DNA from: a virus
Lineage: Duplodnaviria; Heunggongvirae; Uroviricota; Caudoviricetes
Direction: 5' to 3' (one strand)
Length of the DNA stretch: 48,404 bases
Virus record (IMG/VR): IMGVR_UViG_3300045988_155859
A model generated the notes under the pieces. It was not told where the DNA came from, made no database searches, and saw only the letters and a program-made list of their open reading frames with translations. A program made the translations under genes and the position numbers. This document shows positions 36,359-46,110 of the stretch, piece by piece (positions within the stretch are counted from its first letter, which is position 1; each line of letters starts with the position of its first letter).

Positions 36359-36675
36359 ATAATACGTTTACCATATCATCACCTTCTTACTCGATTGATT
36401 GGTCGCCCAAAACAGTTGTAGAAGAAGTTTTGCAAAATGTCTCTACTATTATTAATACTCAAATTGGCACTGTACCATATGCCAGAAAATTAGGAATTAA
36501 TTCAAGTCTTGTTGATAGCCCTAGTCCAATTTTTATTGCTACAGCAACACGAGAAATAATTCAAAAAATTAGTGAGTTTGAGCCTAGAGCGATTATCCAT
36601 TCTGTTACTTTTGAAAGAACGGACGTTTCTGATGGTTTTATTATGCCAAAACTTGTGATAGGAGTTAGAGAATGA
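36355..36675 (+). CDS. Baseplate wedge protein (gpW / gp25-like)
   Basis: 106 aa; size, position before gpJ, and ...GTVPYARKLGINSSLVDSP... pattern. Confidence 0.65.
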   Translation: MNNTFTISSPSYSIDWSPKTVVEEVLQNVSTIINTQIGTVPYARKLGINSSLVDSPSPIFIATATREIIQKISEFEPRAIIHSVTFERTDVSDGFIMPKLVIGVRE

Positions 36676-37796
36676 CGTTGCCGCGTGGTGGTTTGCCAGA
36701 TATTACTTTCGCAGATTCTAACCCGACTGATATAACAACTCGTTCAATCAGGGCTTTTGAGAGTATAACAGGTGAAACATTAGCACCTGCTGATCCACGT
36801 AGATTATTCATCTTATCATTGTGTGAGATTATTATACAGCAAAGAAAAGCTATCGATTTTTCTGCAAAACAAAACCTTCTTACATATGGTGAAGGTGAAT
36901 ATCTCGACCATATAGGCTATCTGACGGATACGCCTAGGCTGGAAGCTCAATCTGCCTTGACTACATTTGAGTTTAATCTGTCAACAAAATTATCGGGGAT
37001 ATATACAATACCTGCTGGCACTCAAGTTTCAACTGGAAATGGTGTTATTTTCCAAACAGATATTTTGTTGGAAATACCTGCTGGGAAAACAGTTGGTACA
37101 GTCTCAGGATATGCTGTTATACCTGGTTTATCTGGGAATGGCTTTTTACCAGGGCAAATAAATGAGTTGGTGACTCCGTTGCCGTATGTTTCCAGAGTAA
37201 GGAATGTAACAACATCTAATTCTGGTGCTGATACGGAGTCAGATGATAATTATGCTGAAAGAATAAAACTGTCGCCGGAAAAACTGTCTACAGCAGGGCC
37301 GGAGGATTCTTATAAATATTGGACAAGAACAGCCAATCAGAATATAAAAGATGTGAATGTATATACACCATCGCCCGGAATTGTAGAAATCCGTTCTTTG
37401 TTAGAGAACGGAGATATACCTTCTGATGAACTATTAGAGCAGATAAATAGCGTTCTCTCTGCAACTAATATTCGACCATTCACAGATAAAGTTCTTGTTA
37501 AGAAACCAGAGAGCATTGAATACGATATAATAATTAAATACTGGATTAACTCATCGGACAAAAACAGAACAACTTTAATTCAAAGTGAGGTTGAGAAAGC
37601 TATTGATGAGTATAAACAATGGCAACGTTCGGTTATGGGAAGAGATATAAATCCAGATGAAATTATTCAACGTTTAAAAAATGCTGGGGCTAAAAGATTA
37701 GAAATATCAAGTCCTGTTTTTAATGTGGTTGGAGAGACACAGGTCGCCAGAGAGAGAAATATAAATTGCCAGTATGCGGGGTTAGAGGATGGCTGA
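36672..37796 (+). CDS. Baseplate protein J-like
   Basis: 374 aa following the gpW-like gene with overlapping stop/start. Confidence 0.75.
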   Translation: MTLPRGGLPDITFADSNPTDITTRSIRAFESITGETLAPADPRRLFILSLCEIIIQQRKAIDFSAKQNLLTYGEGEYLDHIGYLTDTPRLEAQSALTTFEFNLSTKLSGIYTIPAGTQVSTGNGVIFQTDILLEIPAGKTVGTVSGYAVIPGLSGNGFLPGQINELVTPLPYVSRVRNVTTSNSGADTESDDNYAERIKLSPEKLSTAGPEDSYKYWTRTANQNIKDVNVYTPSPGIVEIRSLLENGDIPSDELLEQINSVLSATNIRPFTDKVLVKKPESIEYDIIIKYWINSSDKNRTTLIQSEVEKAIDEYKQWQRSVMGRDINPDEIIQRLKNAGAKRLEISSPVFNVVGETQVARERNINCQYAGLEDG

Positions 37797-38370
37797 TATC
37801 TTTAATGTTAGCTTGTTGGATGTTTTACCTCCTAACTTAGCTAGCGATCCCAACGTGATAGCTATGTCGAAAGCTATTGATGATGAACTACAAGCAATTA
37901 ACAATTTAATATATAAGACAGAAATATATAGCGTTGTTGATAACCTGGACTCAGTTGTTCTCGATCATTTAGCTTGGCAATGGAATGCTGATACATGGAG
38001 GGATAGTTGGCCTGTATCGTTAAAGCGTTCTGTTTTTAAATCAATAATACGAACAAAGCGAATAAAGGGTACAAGGGCAGCGGTTGAAGATGTAGTAAAT
38101 AGCTTGGGTGGAGAGGTAAACATAACAGAATGGTTTGAAACATCACCACCTGGCGAACCATATACAGCCTCAATTGTTGCTTCGATTAACTCTTTTGATG
38201 GTGCTGTTCCTTCGAAAGAGATGTTGGAGGATACGTTAAGAAGTATCAAGAGTGCAAAGTCGGCAAGAACACTATTTACATTTTCGCAAGCAACCAATGT
38301 TTCAGGTGGTGTTGGTATTGTCGGTGCTTTCCAGCCTGTGTCTTATGTACGATTAATTGGTGAGTGCTAA
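37789..38370 (+). CDS. Tail protein I-like
   Basis: 193 aa between J and the tail fibre. Confidence 0.6.
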   Translation: MADIFNVSLLDVLPPNLASDPNVIAMSKAIDDELQAINNLIYKTEIYSVVDNLDSVVLDHLAWQWNADTWRDSWPVSLKRSVFKSIIRTKRIKGTRAAVEDVVNSLGGEVNITEWFETSPPGEPYTASIVASINSFDGAVPSKEMLEDTLRSIKSAKSARTLFTFSQATNVSGGVGIVGAFQPVSYVRLIGEC

Positions 38371-38400
38371 TTTGCGATTTGTTAATCCAAGGAATTAAGC

Positions 38401-41247
38401 GTGAGTAAATTATTATTTACGATGACTGACGCCGGGCGTAAGGCGCTGGTTAATGCCAACAAGACTGGAACAAATAAAGTTGAGATCGTTTCTGTTGGTT
38501 TAGGTAGTAGATATTATGCCACATCAACCACACAAACAAAAATAACAGATGAAATAAAGCGACTTACCACAATAGGAGGCAAAGTCGTTTCTCCTGATAC
38601 CATTCATGTAACTGCGAAGGATGATAGTAAAGATGAGTATGTTGTCCATACAATAGGTTTGTATACAAATAAAGGAACATTGTTTGCTGTATACTCGCAA
38701 GAACAAGTAATAATAAATAAAGCATCTTCTACAATTGCTTTAATATCAAGTGATATAGCAATTAAAAATCTTGATACTAAAAACATTACATTTGGTGATG
38801 TTGAGTTTATTAACCCTCCCGCAACCGAAACTGTTGTTGGAGTAGCAAGATTTGCTAATGAACAAGAAATTGATGCAGGTACAGATGATTCCCTGGCTGT
38901 TTCAGCAAAGCGGCTTAAGCAAGCTATTGTAAAACATGAGCAATCACGTAATCATCCTGATGCAACTTTAACATCAAAAGGCATTGTTCAACTCAGTAAT
39001 GCCACCAATAGCACGTCTGAAAAGCTCGCAGCGACGCCTAAGGCTGTTAAGGCTGCATATGACCTGGCTAACGCTAAATACACCGCACAGGACGCTACCA
39101 CGGCGCGAAAAGGGATTGTTCAGCTCAGTAGTGCCACTAACAGTACGTCTGAAACGCAGGCGGCAACGCCAAAAGCGGTCAAGGCAGCAAATGACAACGC
39201 AAATTCACGTCTGGCGAAAAATCAGAACGGTGCAGATATCCAGGATAAATCAGCTTTTCTGGACAATGTTGGCGTTACCAGCCTGACGTTTATGAAAAAC
39301 AATGGCGAAATGCCGCTTGATGCTGATCTGAATACGTTTGGTCCTGTTAAGGCTTATTCAGGTATCTGGTCTAAAGCAACATCCACCAACGCAACACTGG
39401 AGAAAAATTTCCCGGAAGATAATGCTGTCGGTGTGCTTGAGGTTTTTGCTGCCGGCAATTTTGCAGGTACGCAACGCTTTACCACGAGAGACGGCAATGT
39501 ATACATGCGTAAACTCGCCAATAAGTGGAATGGCACTGATGGTCCGTGGGGCGTATGGCGTCACACTCAATCTGCTACCCGCCCTTTGAGTACGACTATA
39601 GACCTGAATACGCTTGGAGCCGCCGAGCATCTTGGTTTATGGCGTAACAGTAGCTCAGCTATAGCTTCATATGAACGCAATTATCCAGAGGAAGGCGGCT
39701 TTGCTCAGGGGATGCTTGAGATCCTCGAAGGCGGAAATTATGGAAGAACGCAACGTTATACCACTCGCCGTGGAAATATGTATGTCCGCTGTCTTGCGGC
39801 AAGCTGGGATGCATCAAATCCGCAGTGGGAACCGTGGTTAAGAGTCGGTCATCAGTCAGAGAGTCGTTATTACGACGGTGATTTGAATGATGTAACCTCA
39901 CCAGGTATTTACAGCGTTACAGGTAAAGCGACCAACGGTCCAATACTGGACGGAAACGGCGTGACAGTCCTCGGTATTCTGGAGGTGTTGAGGCGCTTTG
40001 ATGGTGTTAATGTATGGCAGCGTTATACAACTGCCGGAACAGGTACAACCCTTAAAGGCCGCACCTTTGAGCGCGTCTTTACCGGCAGCTCATGGAGCGA
40101 ATGGCGGGAAGTCTACACCTCGTATTCACTTCCCCTGAATCTGGGTATCGGCGGTGCTGTGGCAAAGCTCACCAGCCTGGACTGGCAGACCTACGATTTT
40201 GTGCCGGGCAGTCTGATAACCGTTCGGCTTGATAACATGACCAATATTCCCGACGGTATGGACTGGGGCGTCATTGATGGCAACCTGATAAACATCTCAG
40301 TCGGTCCGAGTGATGATTCTGGTTCGGGACGCTCAATGCATGTATGGCGCAGCACTGTAAGTAAAGCCAACTACCGCTTTTTTATGGTTCGCATTTCAGG
40401 AAATCCGGGAAGCCGCACGATCACGACAAGACGTGTGCCAATTATCGACGAAGCTCAGACATGGATGGCGAAACAGACATTCAGCGGTGGTCTTTCAGGC
40501 GAACTATCCGGCAATGCTGCTACAGCAACAAAGCTGAAAACGGCAAGGACAATTAACGGCGTAAAATTTGACGGCTCGGCAAATATTGAAGCGTTTCCGC
40601 CAGGTGTTCCGCTGCCGTGGCCATCAGATACGCCACCTGCAGGTTATGCAATCATGCTGGGGCAGACGTTTGATAAGGCAGCATATCCGAAACTGGCTAT
40701 TGCCTATCCTTCTGGTGTTATTCCAGATATGCGCGGCTGGACAATCAAGGGCAAACCCGCCAGTGGTCGGGCCGTATTGTCTCAGGAACAGGATGGCATT
40801 AAATCGCACACCCACAGTGCCAGCGCATCCAATACGGATTTGGGTACGAAAACCACATCGTCGTTTGATTACGGTACTAAATCAACGAATAACACAGGTG
40901 CACATACCCATAATGTATCTGGTACTGCAAATAGTGCTGGCGCACATACTCATACCGTTCCATTAAGGAGACCAAACAGTGGCGGTATGAATTTCGACTG
41001 GCTGGATGGTTCATCAAGTGGCACGGTGGTGGGGAATGGAACTGTGCCTTCTTCTGGCGCACATACCCACTCAGTATCAGGTACCGCTACAAGTGCTGGG
41101 GCACATGCACACACTGTTGGTATTGGCGCTCATACGCACTCTGTTGCGATTGGTTCACATGGACACACCATCACCGTTAACGCTGCTGGTAACGCGGAAA
41201 ACACCGTTAAAAACATCGCATTTAATTATATTGTGAGGCTTGCATAA
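38401..41247 (+). CDS. Tail fibre protein
   Basis: GTG start; 948 aa; tandem KGIVQLS(N/S)ATNSTSE...[10 protein letters not shown] repeats; C-terminal His-rich GAHTHxV repeats; followed by the assembly chaperone. Confidence 0.8.
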   Translation: MSKLLFTMTDAGRKALVNANKTGTNKVEIVSVGLGSRYYATSTTQTKITDEIKRLTTIGGKVVSPDTIHVTAKDDSKDEYVVHTIGLYTNKGTLFAVYSQEQVIINKASSTIALISSDIAIKNLDTKNITFGDVEFINPPATETVVGVARFANEQEIDAGTDDSLAVSAKRLKQAIVKHEQSRNHPDATLTSKGIVQLSNATNSTSEKLAATPKAVKAAYDLANAKYTAQDATTARKGIVQLSSATNSTSETQAATPKAVKAANDNANSRLAKNQNGADIQDKSAFLDNVGVTSLTFMKNNGEMPLDADLNTFGPVKAYSGIWSKATSTNATLEKNFPEDNAVGVLEVFAAGNFAGTQRFTTRDGNVYMRKLANKWNGTDGPWGVWRHTQSATRPLSTTIDLNTLGAAEHLGLWRNSSSAIASYERNYPEEGGFAQGMLEILEGGNYGRTQRYTTRRGNMYVRCLAASWDASNPQWEPWLRVGHQSESRYYDGDLNDVTSPGIYSVTGKATNGPILDGNGVTVLGILEVLRRFDGVNVWQRYTTAGTGTTLKGRTFERVFTGSSWSEWREVYTSYSLPLNLGIGGAVAKLTSLDWQTYDFVPGSLITVRLDNMTNIPDGMDWGVIDGNLINISVGPSDDSGSGRSMHVWRSTVSKANYRFFMVRISGNPGSRTITTRRVPIIDEAQTWMAKQTFSGGLSGELSGNAATATKLKTARTINGVKFDGSANIEAFPPGVPLPWPSDTPPAGYAIMLGQTFDKAAYPKLAIAYPSGVIPDMRGWTIKGKPASGRAVLSQEQDGIKSHTHSASASNTDLGTKTTSSFDYGTKSTNNTGAHTHNVSGTANSAGAHTHTVPLRRPNSGGMNFDWLDGSSSGTVVGNGTVPSSGAHTHSVSGTATSAGAHAHTVGIGAHTHSVAIGSHGHTITVNAAGNAENTVKNIAFNYIVRLA

Positions 41248-41864
41248 TGGCATTCAGAATGAGTGAACAATCACGTACCGTAAAAATTTATAACCTGCTG
41301 GCCGGAACTAATGAGTTTATTGGTGAAGGTGACGCATATATTCCACCTCATACAGGGCTGCCAGCTAATTCTACAGATATCGCCCCACCGGAAATTCCTG
41401 CTGGCTTTGTGGCAGTTTTTAACAGTGAAAATGAATCGTGGAATATTGTTGAAGACCATCGTGGTAAAACGGTCTATGACGTGGCGTCGGGGGACGCATT
41501 GTTTATTTCTGAACTCGGACCGCTACCAGAGAATGTCACCTGGTTGTCGCCAGCAGGGGAGTATCAGAAGTGGGACGGCGTATCCTGGGTGAATGATGAG
41601 GAAGCAGAAAAACTGTTTCGGATACGGGAAGCGGAAGAGAAAAAGGCAAGGTTGATCCAGGAAGCAACAGATAACATCGCAATTCTGCAGGATGCAGTTA
41701 ATCTTGAAATAGCAACAAACGAGGAAAATTCACAACTGGATTCCTGGAGAAAATACAGAGTATTAGTGAGTAGAATTGACACCAGTACAGCTCCGGATAT
41801 CGTATGGCCAGAGCTGATGAATCAGGGTTATGTTCGGGAGGACGAGCAGATAACTTCAGACTGA
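41247..41864 (+). CDS. Tail fibre assembly chaperone (Tfa-like)
   Basis: 205 aa with the C-terminal ...[24 protein letters not shown] motif typical of Tfa proteins. Confidence 0.7.
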   Translation: MAFRMSEQSRTVKIYNLLAGTNEFIGEGDAYIPPHTGLPANSTDIAPPEIPAGFVAVFNSENESWNIVEDHRGKTVYDVASGDALFISELGPLPENVTWLSPAGEYQKWDGVSWVNDEEAEKLFRIREAEEKKARLIQEATDNIAILQDAVNLEIATNEENSQLDSWRKYRVLVSRIDTSTAPDIVWPELMNQGYVREDEQITSD

Positions 41865-42391
41865 AATTTAGTGATGAATGTTGAATCATCAGGAATATCA
41901 TGCAATACCAATGCATGAGCACCTATTGTGACATTGTTTCCTATACGCACTTTGCCACCAAGAATGGTGGCATTACAACCAATGGTCACATTATGCCCTA
42001 TAACAATATCCATATCATTAAATTCCCCGCGAAGTCCAATAGTTACTCCGGGCTTAATTGAACAATTTTCACCGATTGTTACTTTGTGACCGATAACAAC
42101 ACTGTTGAGATAAGAAATATCAAAGCCTTTCCCTATATTTACAGTTAAAGGGACTGTTACATTATATTTATCAAGAATGAAACGTTCTATTTTTCCCGCA
42201 ATCTTCCGACAGTATCCGCCTTTATCAAAAAGGTATTTGGCTATGCGCCACCAAAATAAATAACGAACCCTTCTATGTTTTATTGCGCGAACAATTGCCT
42301 TTTGCCAGGAGAAAGGACGCTCGCTACCGATTACTTCATAGTGAATACAGTCTTTAAGTTCATTAATATTCATATCTTTATTATTCAGCAT
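41828..42391 (-). CDS. Hexapeptide-repeat acyltransferase (left-handed beta-helix family), candidate lysogenic-conversion gene
   Basis: Repeated [LIV]-G-x-x-x-x hexads ([23 protein letters not shown]...[34 protein letters not shown]); convergent with Tfa and overlapping its 3' end by 37 bp. Confidence 0.7.
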   Translation of the reverse strand: MLNNKDMNINELKDCIHYEVIGSERPFSWQKAIVRAIKHRRVRYLFWWRIAKYLFDKGGYCRKIAGKIERFILDKYNVTVPLTVNIGKGFDISYLNSVVIGHKVTIGENCSIKPGVTIGLRGEFNDMDIVIGHNVTIGCNATILGGKVRIGNNVTIGAHALVLHDIPDDSTFITKFQSEVICSSSRT

Positions 42392-42806
42392 AAGATAATC
42401 ATGTGACCAATTATTGTAATAATTTTAATGGTATGTTTCTACTGGCTATCCAGCGTGTCTGATATCCAGTAACAAATCGTCAACACGGGTGCAATCAAAT
42501 AGTGAGTGTTAAGACTGACCACTTATTACCAGGTATGAGTGGCCAGCATTAAATCAGAACAGCCCTTTAACTGAACTGGCCGCGCTGTTAAGGGATGATG
42601 TCACCTTATCTTTGAAGCCGGACAGCATATTGCTGAACGATGAGTTTACCGCAGGTTTCTGGCTGGGAATCATTGACTGGAGTTAGGCCAGTAGTATGAT
42701 GCTCGCAAAACGAGATCCAATTTAGATCCTTTTACTGGTGGATTATCGTTCGATCAGTGAGAGACTTCGTGCATGACCGAAAGTGTTGTGGTAGAGTTCT
42801 CTTAAA

Positions 42807-42821
42807 ACCACGTAACGTGGT
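42807..42821. promoter_or_regulatory. Operator-like palindrome ACCACGTAACGTGGT upstream of repA
   Basis: Same ACCAC-N5-GTGGT dyad as the sites in the cI-cro region. Confidence 0.45.
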
Positions 42822-42861
42822 TATGATTGTGGGTGTCTGGTTGGAAAGTGACCAGATATGG

Positions 42862-42975
42862 AAACAAAAAGCCCGCAGATAAATCTGCGGGCTTCTTGCG
42901 ACATCCACGGAAAACCAACAACAACAATCCATGGGCGCCTCGACAACTCCCATTATACGTTGGTTTTCCGTGGAC
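42862..42975 (-). ncRNA. Candidate CopA-like antisense RNA over the repA leader
   Basis: Minus-strand terminator hairpin (11-bp stem AGCCCGCAGAT/ATCTGCGGGCT, 42870-42893) followed on the minus strand by a T-run; a 13-bp long-range inverted repeat (42904-42916 with 42962-42974) in the leader. Boundaries approximate; no promoter identified. Confidence 0.35.
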
Positions 42976-42989
42976 GCAAGAGCGAACAT

Positions 42990-43838
42990 ATGGATAGACC
43001 AATGCCGTCTCTACGTTCAGCTTACGTTTGTAATTTGTCGCCGGAGTTCCAGCCTCCAAAGCACCATACGCACAAGCTGCCGCTGGTGTTATCTGATGCT
43101 TTACAGCGCATTAATGGGCGTGATCTTACGTGTGAGGTTGCGTTCTACGTTAATCAACCGTCAGAGCGGAAGCGCCGGATAAACGAGCATCGTCGTCGGG
43201 CGATTAATGCTGTGATCGCTGCGATTTTGCACCATGTAAACATCATTTCTAAGCGGGTTCTGGCTAGTGCTGAGGCGTTGGCTGATTTTTGCGGCCTGTC
43301 TACCGTATCCGAAGCTGGGAACAAGTCTATAACGCGCTGTACAAGGGCGTTGTCGCAACTGAAAGCGTTAGGTTTTATTGATTATGAACGTCGCTGGGAT
43401 CGGGTGAATAAACAGTATTGGCCAGCGAAAATAGAGATTCGTGATCAACTGCTGGAAACCGTTGGTATTACTGAACAAGCATGGAGACGTGCGGTTAGCC
43501 AGAAACTTAATTACTTCAATGCGAAGAATAGCGAACGGCTTAAAAAAGCGATAACGGAGGCTGATTATAAGCGTATTGTTATTCAGGAGCAGATGGAGAA
43601 TGTATGGCGTCAGAGGAAGACGGCCAGAGAGATAAAGGCAAAACAGAAAGCAGCGGAGAGAGCTGCGCGTCTTGTTCGGGAAAAGGGAGAGGCCGAACTT
43701 CGTCATCAAATCACCAGAGAGGTTAGTCAGGAATTTGCTGATGGCATGTATCCTGGTGCTGACCTTGCATATTTACGATCCCTCGTTGAGCAGCGTTATA
43801 ACAGGTTAAGAAAGACCTGGAAATCACTCCAACATTAA
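42990..43838 (+). CDS. repA: Replication initiator RepA (IncFII RepA1-like)
   Basis: ...RRAINAVIAAILHHVNI...CGLSTVSEAGNKSITRCTRALSQLKALGFIDYE... parallels R100 RepA1 as I recall it. Start set at the Met where the similarity begins; the frame is open upstream to 42858. Confidence 0.75.
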   Translation: MDRPMPSLRSAYVCNLSPEFQPPKHHTHKLPLVLSDALQRINGRDLTCEVAFYVNQPSERKRRINEHRRRAINAVIAAILHHVNIISKRVLASAEALADFCGLSTVSEAGNKSITRCTRALSQLKALGFIDYERRWDRVNKQYWPAKIEIRDQLLETVGITEQAWRRAVSQKLNYFNAKNSERLKKAITEADYKRIVIQEQMENVWRQRKTAREIKAKQKAAERAARLVREKGEAELRHQITREVSQEFADGMYPGADLAYLRSLVEQRYNRLRKTWKSLQH

Positions 43839-43979
43839 CCCACCTGAATGATGAATCCGGTTTTACCGGAGGATTATCTACGTCGCAATAAAATATCTGT
43901 TCAAAAAACAATCTAAATTAATTTTCTCTAAACCTGAACACAGCAAAAATATCGCCTTTACAGGCATCGGCTAATAAAG

Positions 43980-43988
43980 TTATCCACA
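43980..43988 (+). promoter_or_regulatory. DnaA box TTATCCACA in the candidate origin region
   Basis: Perfect consensus 9-mer about 140 bp downstream of repA, in AT-rich DNA. Confidence 0.55.
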
Positions 43989-44481
43989 GTTCTGATATAT
44001 ATATGCAAATGGTTTTTTATAATAGATGCACTAAACAAATAAATGCAAAATCACTTTCTTTTATTAAGACTTTCTTTATTTAACTTACGCAGGCTTTGCC
44101 TGTGAATATGTTCGCCCTTGCAGCGAGCTAAAGCTCGCGCCGGTTCGAGTCGCTACGCTCAAATATACCTCCTCCGGCACTTGCCGGAGGCATGGAGCAG
44201 CCTGATCATCCTTTTCGAAACGGCACGTTTCGAACTATACAAAATCAATTTATATAAGGCCGAAATAAGGCCTACGGCCGGGCTTTGCAGGAGGAAGGGG
44301 CGAGCCTTATCAATAAACGTCGATAAATACGCACACAGTAGCCATCAGAACGCGATAAAATGTAAGAAACATCATTTCCTATTAGACATAGAAAACTTGT
44401 CTTATACGCAATGTAGTAAATTTCTATTGCCACATAGGAAAAGATTTCCTACCATCGTAGATATAATAAATGGAGATGGTT

Positions 44482-44769
44482 ATGGATAAAGATACTGTTT
44501 TAAAAATGTTGAATCCGGCTTGTTTAAAAAAAGCGGATGAATGGGAATCTCCTACATGTGGAGAAGTTCGGGCAGTCATTGGCCTGACCGGAATGAGCGG
44601 CTCGCAGTTAGCCAAAAAACTAGGCTTAAAAGATAGTCGCAATGTTCGCAACTGGCAGATGTTAAAGGAGTCCACATCCAGATCCAGCATTCCGTATGCA
44701 GCCTGGGCGCTGCTGTGTTACTTCGCTGGGTTAGGGTTAATCTTCATTGATAACAAAACAGATGTTTGA
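44482..44769 (+). CDS. Putative HTH DNA-binding protein with a hydrophobic C-terminus
   Basis: ...VRAVIGLTGMSGSQLAKKLGLKDSRNVRNWQ...; start at the third ATG, which has a GGAG RBS. Confidence 0.4.
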   Translation: MDKDTVLKMLNPACLKKADEWESPTCGEVRAVIGLTGMSGSQLAKKLGLKDSRNVRNWQMLKESTSRSSIPYAAWALLCYFAGLGLIFIDNKTDV

Positions 44770-44792
44770 AACATGCAAATATGAGGTTTGTT

Positions 44793-45056
44793 ATGGAACT
44801 TGTACGCAAAACACGCAAAGAGTTCTTGGACCTGTATCGCATGGGAGCTTTCACTTGTGTTGTGGCTACCCAGGACGAAGTGACAAAAAGCTGGCGGCTT
44901 TTTGCTCTCAATAAAAAAGGGATTGCCGTTTTCATTGAAAAAGCCCGTGGTGGTATCCGCGAATGGGCGGGATTGAATTATGTGGCTGATTTTTGCGCAG
45001 CTATGGGGATTCGTCGCTGGGAAGTCCATATGCCAGGAGTAAAGTCACAAAAATAG
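44793..45056 (+). CDS. Hypothetical protein
   Basis: ATG with GAGG RBS; 87 aa. Confidence 0.35.
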   Translation: MELVRKTRKEFLDLYRMGAFTCVVATQDEVTKSWRLFALNKKGIAVFIEKARGGIREWAGLNYVADFCAAMGIRRWEVHMPGVKSQK

Positions 45057-45300
45057 GGCTTTCGCGTCGAAAATGAGGCGAAACTGAAAACGAGATTTCA
45101 TTAACAAATAAGCAACATAAAAAACGGTGGAAAACGCCCAGGAAAACATGATCTTTTGAGCGGATTTTTTAGATCCGACAATGAACGGTGATCCGGTGGT
45201 GCCGATAACGTCCATTATGTTAAATAGCCCCGTTTTTCTTGAAATTATAACTCACAGGTTATATAGTTAGTGATATAAACTACAGGTTATAGGATTGAGC

Positions 45301-45648
45301 ATGTGGACGGTACTTTTTAGCCAGCGATTTGACGACTGGCTAAATGAGCAAGAAGACGCTCTTCAGGAAAAGGTTTTGGCTGATTTGAAAAAGCTACAGG
45401 TTTACGGACCTGAGTTACCCAGGCCATATGCCGATACCGTAAAAGGTTCTCGGTACAAAAATATGAAAGAGCTTCGCGTTCAGTTTTCTGGCCGTCCGAT
45501 AAGAGCCTTTTATGCGTTCGATCCGATTCGCCGGGCCATCGTTCTTTGTGCAGGAGACAAAAGTAACGATAAGCGGTTTTATGAAAAACTGGTGCGTATA
45601 GCTGAGGATGAGTTTGCAGCACATCTGAACACACTGGAGAGCAAGTAA
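45301..45648 (+). CDS. RelE/ParE-superfamily toxin (HigB-like)
   Basis: ...DTVKGSRYKNMKELRVQFSGRPIRAFYAFDPIRRAIVLCAGDKSNDKRFYE... typical of this toxin family; stop overlaps the antitoxin start. Confidence 0.75.
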   Translation: MWTVLFSQRFDDWLNEQEDALQEKVLADLKKLQVYGPELPRPYADTVKGSRYKNMKELRVQFSGRPIRAFYAFDPIRRAIVLCAGDKSNDKRFYEKLVRIAEDEFAAHLNTLESK

Positions 45649-45947
45649 TGAGAACATTAGATGAGGCGATTGCCAGCCGTTCACCTGAAAGCCAGGCGCG
45701 AATTAAAGAAATGGCAGATGAGATGATTCTTGAGGTCGGCTTGCAGATGATGCGTGAAGAACTCCAGTTATCACAAAAACAGGTTGCTGAGGCGATGGGT
45801 ATAAGCCAGCCAGCAGTAACAAAGCTGGAGCAGCGCGGAAATGATTTAAAGCTGGCGACATTAAAGCGTTACGTTGAAGCTATGGGAGGCAAATTAAGCC
45901 TGGATGTTGAGCTTCCCACAGGAAAACGAATAGCGTTTAACATCTGA
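45648..45947 (+). CDS. HTH (XRE-type) antitoxin, HigA-like
   Basis: ...LQLSQKQVAEAMGISQPAVTKLEQ... HTH; ATGA overlap with the toxin gene. Confidence 0.75.
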   Translation: MRTLDEAIASRSPESQARIKEMADEMILEVGLQMMREELQLSQKQVAEAMGISQPAVTKLEQRGNDLKLATLKRYVEAMGGKLSLDVELPTGKRIAFNI

Positions 45948-45962
45948 TCAGAACGAATGATA

Positions 45963-45988
45963 AGCCCCTGTTGCAAAGGGGCTTTTTT
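45963..45988 (+). terminator. Intrinsic terminator
   Basis: AGCCCCT-GTTGCAA-AGGGGCT hairpin followed by TTTTTT. Confidence 0.7.
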
Positions 45989-45994
45989 GCGCTC

Positions 45995-46110
45995 ATAGAA
46001 TTATATAATTATAGATTTATATAAAAAGTGCTTTACAGGTGGGAAAAAATTTCCTAAGGTTATACCCGAAACCGAGCGATACCCGCCCTGGTTAAACCGG
46101 AGATAACCCG
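45995..46110 (+). promoter_or_regulatory. Repeated promoter/5'-leader cassette, copy C
   Basis: Near-identical to copies A and B over about 100 bp; differs only in the last 10 nt before the ATG. Confidence 0.5.

Noticed and set aside
42858-42989. N-terminal 44-codon extension of RepA from the ORF-track start
   Set aside because: Similarity to RepA-type initiators begins at the Met at 42990. The upstream in-frame segment overlaps the antisense-target hairpins and is more likely leader sequence; kept only as a note.
44118-44489. 123-aa ORF across the palindrome cluster downstream of repA
   Set aside because: The sequence is dominated by short perfect palindromes and AT-rich origin-like DNA; the translation is low-complexity with no RBS context. 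Treated as non-coding.
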